Source: Caldilineaceae bacterium (lineage in GTDB: Bacteria > Chloroflexota > Anaerolineae > Caldilineales > Caldilineaceae). Taken from it: a DNA stretch of 64,000 bases. Made by a program: the position numbers and the translations under genes. Where the stretch lies: positions 3,617,256 through 3,681,255 of the forward strand of contig OY760647.1 of the NCBI GenBank assembly GCA_963663885.1, written 5' to 3'. The notes under the pieces are model-generated. The model was given only the letters and a program-made list of their open reading frames with translations. It had not been told where the DNA came from and made no database searches. Shown in pieces: positions 60,761 through 64,000 of the stretch (position 1 is its first letter; each line of letters begins with the position of its first letter).

Positions 60761-61237
60761 TCAGTTGGGACGTCTCCTGATGAGTGCCTGCGTCGCTACT
60801 GCCCGTCGTTCGTTCAAAGTGACACTCATGAAGCTCGTGATGGTGTCTTCGGCCCGATCAATCCAGGAATGGGCCTCCGTCACCGTGAACTGGCGGCGGG
60901 CATCATAGTCCGCGGCGTGCCGGGCATCTTGCAGCCCTGCGAACGCTGCTATGAATTTTTGTACGGGAGGTGAGAACCGATGGCGATCCTGTTCGAGGTT
61001 TCTTCTGGCTTGGTTGTGGTCAAGGCCGCGTCGAACGCGGTGCCATGCGTGTTCCAGCAGCGGATCGGTCGGCGGCCCGATCAGACAGTCGGCGTTGCTG
61101 TTTGCCAAGGCGTGGAACACGGCATAGTACGCCGTGCTCACTGACCTTCTCAGGGAATCCGGTAGTGGAGCGGTATCCGAGTCCGACATGCTCGCCAGTA
61201 GACGACTGGCTGCGATGAGGTTCCGCCACTGCATCAC
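60761..61237 (-). CDS. HEPN-like protein (candidate toxin of a HepT/MntA-like pair)
   Basis: all-helical; SVSTAYYAVFHALANS helix and RRNLEQDRH (R-x6-H) near C-terminal half; GTG-ATG start 4 nt after upstream partner stop. Confidence 0.35.
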   Translation of the reverse strand: MMQWRNLIAASRLLASMSDSDTAPLPDSLRRSVSTAYYAVFHALANSNADCLIGPPTDPLLEHAWHRVRRGLDHNQARRNLEQDRHRFSPPVQKFIAAFAGLQDARHAADYDARRQFTVTEAHSWIDRAEDTITSFMSVTLNERRAVATQALIRRRPN

Positions 61238-61240
61238 GCC

Positions 61241-61570
61241 TTAGCCTTCGAATGGGGATGCCGGCACCGACTCTGACAACTCGCGGTCCTCGGTTGCCTC
61301 CCGGTAGGAGATCGATGGAATCTTTTCGATGCCGATGGCCTGCAGGTCGTCCTCGATGGTTCCGTACAGGGAGTTCAACAGTCTAGGGTTCAAGTCTGCC
61401 GGTTTGCCGGCGTAGATGACCTGTATGTCCAGGTATTCTTCATCGCCAGCACCTAGCCTCGGAGTGATTCGAACCTCTCGAAAACGGACCTTGCCTTGGA
61501 ACTGAGCGTCCAGGCCATTCCGGATGATGGTCTTGGCTTTCTCGTGGGCTTCTTGCAATGTGACCATCAT
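61241..61570 (-). CDS. small partner protein, degenerate minimal-nucleotidyltransferase-like (candidate antitoxin)
   Basis: RLGAGDEEYLDIQVIY resembles the hG[GS]...D.D.hh motif of MNT-fold proteins but second Asp replaced by Gln; translationally coupled to downstream HEPN-like gene. Confidence 0.3.
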   Translation of the reverse strand: MMVTLQEAHEKAKTIIRNGLDAQFQGKVRFREVRITPRLGAGDEEYLDIQVIYAGKPADLNPRLLNSLYGTIEDDLQAIGIEKIPSISYREATEDRELSESVPASPFEG

Positions 61571-61830
61571 GGTCTCCGCTGTGGTCTTGTGCTTGCTGCC
61601 ATACCCCCGTCAGACATCAGCCCAGTGGCTTTCCAAATGCATGTGGGCGACTTGGTGAGCTCAACTGTGCAGATGTACCTGATCAAGTGGCGATTTGCCG
61701 ACAGTTTGACACGTTGGACATGGTACCAGCCGCTCCTCAACAACGGTGTGGTGCACCAGATCCGGATGTCAGCGGATACTGGTCTCTGTTTGGACGTGAT
61801 GCACTACCCATAGTTTCAGCCTTCCTGGAT

Positions 61831-61965
61831 CGCGCTGAGCGTGTGAGAATCGGTCAGCACCCGTTACGCCTGGACCATTGCCCAATACCGGCCTTGATCT
61901 TCCAGAAGCTCCCGGTGCGTGCCGGTTTCCAGGATGCGGCCGCGGTCCAGAACCACGAGCCTGTC
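61831..61965 (-). repeat. ~135-bp duplicated copy (~88% identity) of the 3' end of the ABC ATPase gene at 63645..63779
   Basis: direct alignment: ...gcgctgagc...cgcctggaccattgcccaataccggcc...gtgcgtgccggtttccaggatgcggccgcggtccagaaccac...cctgtc present at both loci. Confidence 0.6.
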
Positions 61966-62121
61966 ATCCGGGACTTCTACACCCGCTTGTGCCGGCGCGG
62001 CAAGCCCCGGCAGGTGGCCCTCGTCGCGGCCATGTGCAAACTGCTCCTCATCCTCAACGCCGTGGTCCGGGACCAGATCTCTTGGCAGCCCAACCGCGTG
62101 CCCACGGCTGGCGAAGCTTGA
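61966..62121 (+). pseudogene. IS110-family transposase C-terminal fragment
   Basis: IRDFYTRLCRRGKPRQVALVAAMCKLLLILNAVVRDQISWQ matches the conserved C-terminal helix of IS110/IS116/IS902 transposases; begins abruptly at junction with ABC-gene fragment; track ORF 61687..62121 is chimeric. Confidence 0.6.
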
Positions 62122-62140
62122 CTGTCAACACAGTTGACAG

Positions 62141-63226
62141 TTACCTATCTTCCGCGAGGGGGTCGTCAATATTCCGGGGAAGGCGTAGTGCGTTGCGGAT
62201 ATCAGCCACAGTCTGTGACGCGACATAGCAACGTCCTCTCTTCTCTCCCTCAGGAATGAGAAGATTGGCATCCACAAGCACCTTGAGGTCACGACCGGCA
62301 AGGTTCTTGGATATATCCGCACTTACCCTATAGGACGAATTTCGCACTCTGCTTCCAAAGGCTGCCTGCAGCAGCGCCATGGCCGAGCGTTCAGGAAGGC
62401 CTTTGGCTTCTACCAGGGCTGAAAGCTCTGCATAAATCCGCTCAAGCTCTCGCATTCGGCGAAGGAGCGTTCGCGCCTGCCGGTAGTGTCCGGTCAGACA
62501 AAAACGAACCCACGGCTTGGCGTCGCGCTGTGGATGCCATCCACCCCCGCCGACCTCGGCCAGTACGTTGTAGTACTCCTGTTGATTGCGTCCGATGTAC
62601 TCCTCGATCGAGGAGAATGTCGGTTCGATGATCCCGTCGCTGGCCAGCACCGCGGTTTGAATGCATCGGGCCGTGCGTCCGTTGCCGTCCTTGAAGGGAT
62701 GGAGCATGATGAGGTTCAGGTGGGTCACGGCTGCCCGCAGGAAGACCGATTCGACGGTCTTCTCGTTCACGTATGCAAGCAACTCACCGATGCGGGGTTC
62801 CAGTTCGTCGCGGTCCACGCCTTCGTGCACGATCTCGCCGGTTCTGGCATCCCTTACGCCGATCCAGCCCGTACGGTACAGTCCCGGCCCTGCGGTCAAG
62901 TCGGACTGGCAGATCATGAAATGCACGGCCAACAGCACGTCTTCCGTTATTGCGAACAACGGGCTCTGGCGACGCTGCAGGATGTAGTTCATCGCTTCGC
63001 GGTAGCCAACTACGGCTTGCCACGTATCGCGGTCGGTGCTTGCCGGATCTTCACCGTCGATGGCAGCGATCGCGTCCTCATCCGACACGTTGATGCCTTC
63101 AACGCTATTGGACCCGATCAGAGCACGCGCCCGGGTCATGCGCGCGAGCAGACCTGTCCAGCGGCGCGGCTCCGCCTCTACGTAATGCCTGAGGTCGTGC
63201 CGAAGTCGAGTTGTGGCTTCTTCCAC
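62141..63226 (-). CDS. Fic/DOC-family protein (probable AMPylator)
   Basis: HPFKDGNGRTAR (HPFx[D/E]GNGRxxR Fic motif); 361 aa. Confidence 0.85.
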   Translation of the reverse strand: MEEATTRLRHDLRHYVEAEPRRWTGLLARMTRARALIGSNSVEGINVSDEDAIAAIDGEDPASTDRDTWQAVVGYREAMNYILQRRQSPLFAITEDVLLAVHFMICQSDLTAGPGLYRTGWIGVRDARTGEIVHEGVDRDELEPRIGELLAYVNEKTVESVFLRAAVTHLNLIMLHPFKDGNGRTARCIQTAVLASDGIIEPTFSSIEEYIGRNQQEYYNVLAEVGGGGWHPQRDAKPWVRFCLTGHYRQARTLLRRMRELERIYAELSALVEAKGLPERSAMALLQAAFGSRVRNSSYRVSADISKNLAGRDLKVLVDANLLIPEGEKRGRCYVASQTVADIRNALRLPRNIDDPLAEDR

Positions 63227-63397
63227 CCGCCTCTCTTCATCGTCAGGGGATACGTGAACAGCATGTGCTTATCCGTTGTGCAATCGACTTGAAATCGTGT
63301 TCTAAACGATTTGCCATCGGTTTCCAACAGGCAGTACTCGGGGGTGTTTCCGTGTTCTGTGAGGCAATTGCTCAGCAACGGTGTTGGCTGGCAAGGC

Positions 63398-63565
63398 TCA
63401 ATGATCTGTAGGCACAGAATTCTGCTGCCGCGGGGCCTGGTCGCGGACCATCGCATTCAGGATGGGGGACAGCTTGTGCATGGTTGCCAAGAGCACCATC
63501 TTCCCGGGTTTGCCCCACAGGCACAGACGTGTGTGGAAGGTGTGGATGGCGGGGTTGTGGCCGCG
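63398..63565 (-). pseudogene. second, divergent IS110-family transposase C-terminal fragment
   Basis: NPAIHTFHTRLCLWGKPGKMVLLATMHKLSPILNAMVRDQAP; ~50% identical to the 61966..62121 fragment; opposite orientation. Confidence 0.55.
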
Positions 63566-63629
63566 ACGGATGCCCTGAAGTTTGTGCCAGACGCCGGCAC
63601 CGTAAGCGGTATGAACCACCACTCGAGCA

Positions 63630-64000
63630 TTAGCCGTTCGGAACTGCGCTGAGCATCCGGGATTCGGCCAGAATCCGCTGCGCCTGGACCATTGCCCAAT
63701 ACCGGCCTCGGGCTTCCAGCAGCTCCCGATGCGTGCCGGTTTCCAGGATGCGGCCGCGGTCCAGAACCACCAGCCTGTCGGCCCGGCTGAGCGTAGCCAG
63801 CCGATGGGCGATGGCAATCACGGTGCGACCTTCGGTGAGGGTGGCCAACGCTGCGTGGATACGGGCCTCCGTCTCGAGATCCAGGGCGGAGGTGGCCTCG
63901 TCGAGGATCAGGATGCGCGGATTGTGCAGAACCGCCCGCGCGATGGAGATCCGCTGGCGTTCACCACCCGACATGCGCTGCCCGCGCTCGCCAACAAGCG
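63630..64000 (-). CDS. ABC transporter ATP-binding protein, C-terminal part (gene continues beyond window end)
   Basis: [15 protein letters not shown] (ABC signature), [12 protein letters not shown] (Walker B), IAHRLATL (H-loop). Confidence 0.8.
   Translation of the reverse strand, partial: LVGERGQRMSGGERQRISIARAVLHNPRILILDEATSALDLETEARIHAALATLTEGRTVIAIAHRLATLSRADRLVVLDRGRILETGTHRELLEARGRYWAMVQAQRILAESRMLSAVPNG

Noticed and set aside
61687-62121. 144-aa plus-strand ORF as an intact gene
   Set aside because: Chimeric. The first two-thirds are antisense to a duplicated ABC-gene fragment; only the last ~52 codons are IS110-transposase-like. Treated as a pseudogene fragment.
1-64000. CRISPR arrays and rRNA genes
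   Set aside because: No short direct repeats with unique spacers and no rRNA-like conserved stretches were seen. The only repeat arrays are protein-coding RCC1/WD40 tandem repeats.

Overview
This 64 kb window is a high-GC (~67%) bacterial chromosomal segment, and the proteins look Chloroflexi- or Actinobacteria-like. It mixes core C1/C2 and sugar metabolism with a notable amount of accessory material. Calls are from motif reading of the six-frame translations and direct inspection of the DNA; no searches were run.

Main content in order:
- A sulfatase, alpha/beta-hydrolase and S51-like peptidase cluster.
- Two PhyH-family dioxygenases.
- Three CUT1-type sugar ABC transporter operons (TAT-lipoprotein binding protein plus two permeases, no ATPase gene).
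- A 1963-aa lipoprotein built from ~25 RCC1-like repeats, two ankyrin blocks and two WD40 propellers, and a paralog whose 3' end is replaced by an IS5-family insertion.
- Malate synthase G, and a Gfo/Idh/MocA oxidoreductase plus class-III aminotransferase pair.
- A form-II CO-dehydrogenase-like operon (coxG-S-L-M), a second xanthine-dehydrogenase-family operon with a MoaD-like carrier and tRNA-Arg(CCG), and an NfeD-flotillin pair.
- An NAD-type formate dehydrogenase operon (fused FdsG/B, split FdsA, FdhD) whose catalytic subunit carries an in-frame UGA selenocysteine codon with an fdhF-like SECIS. The ORF track splits this gene in two.
- An AbiE abortive-infection toxin-antitoxin pair and two HigB-HigA modules; both HigB genes have the same sigma70-like promoter with a palindromic operator and an essentially leaderless start.
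- An island near the right edge with a HEPN/MNT-like pair, a Fic protein, two IS110-family transposase relics and a ~135 bp duplicated copy of the 3' end of a neighbouring ABC ATPase gene.

Many long ORFs in the track are antisense or alternative-frame artefacts of high GC and the tandem RCC1 repeats; these are listed as rejected.
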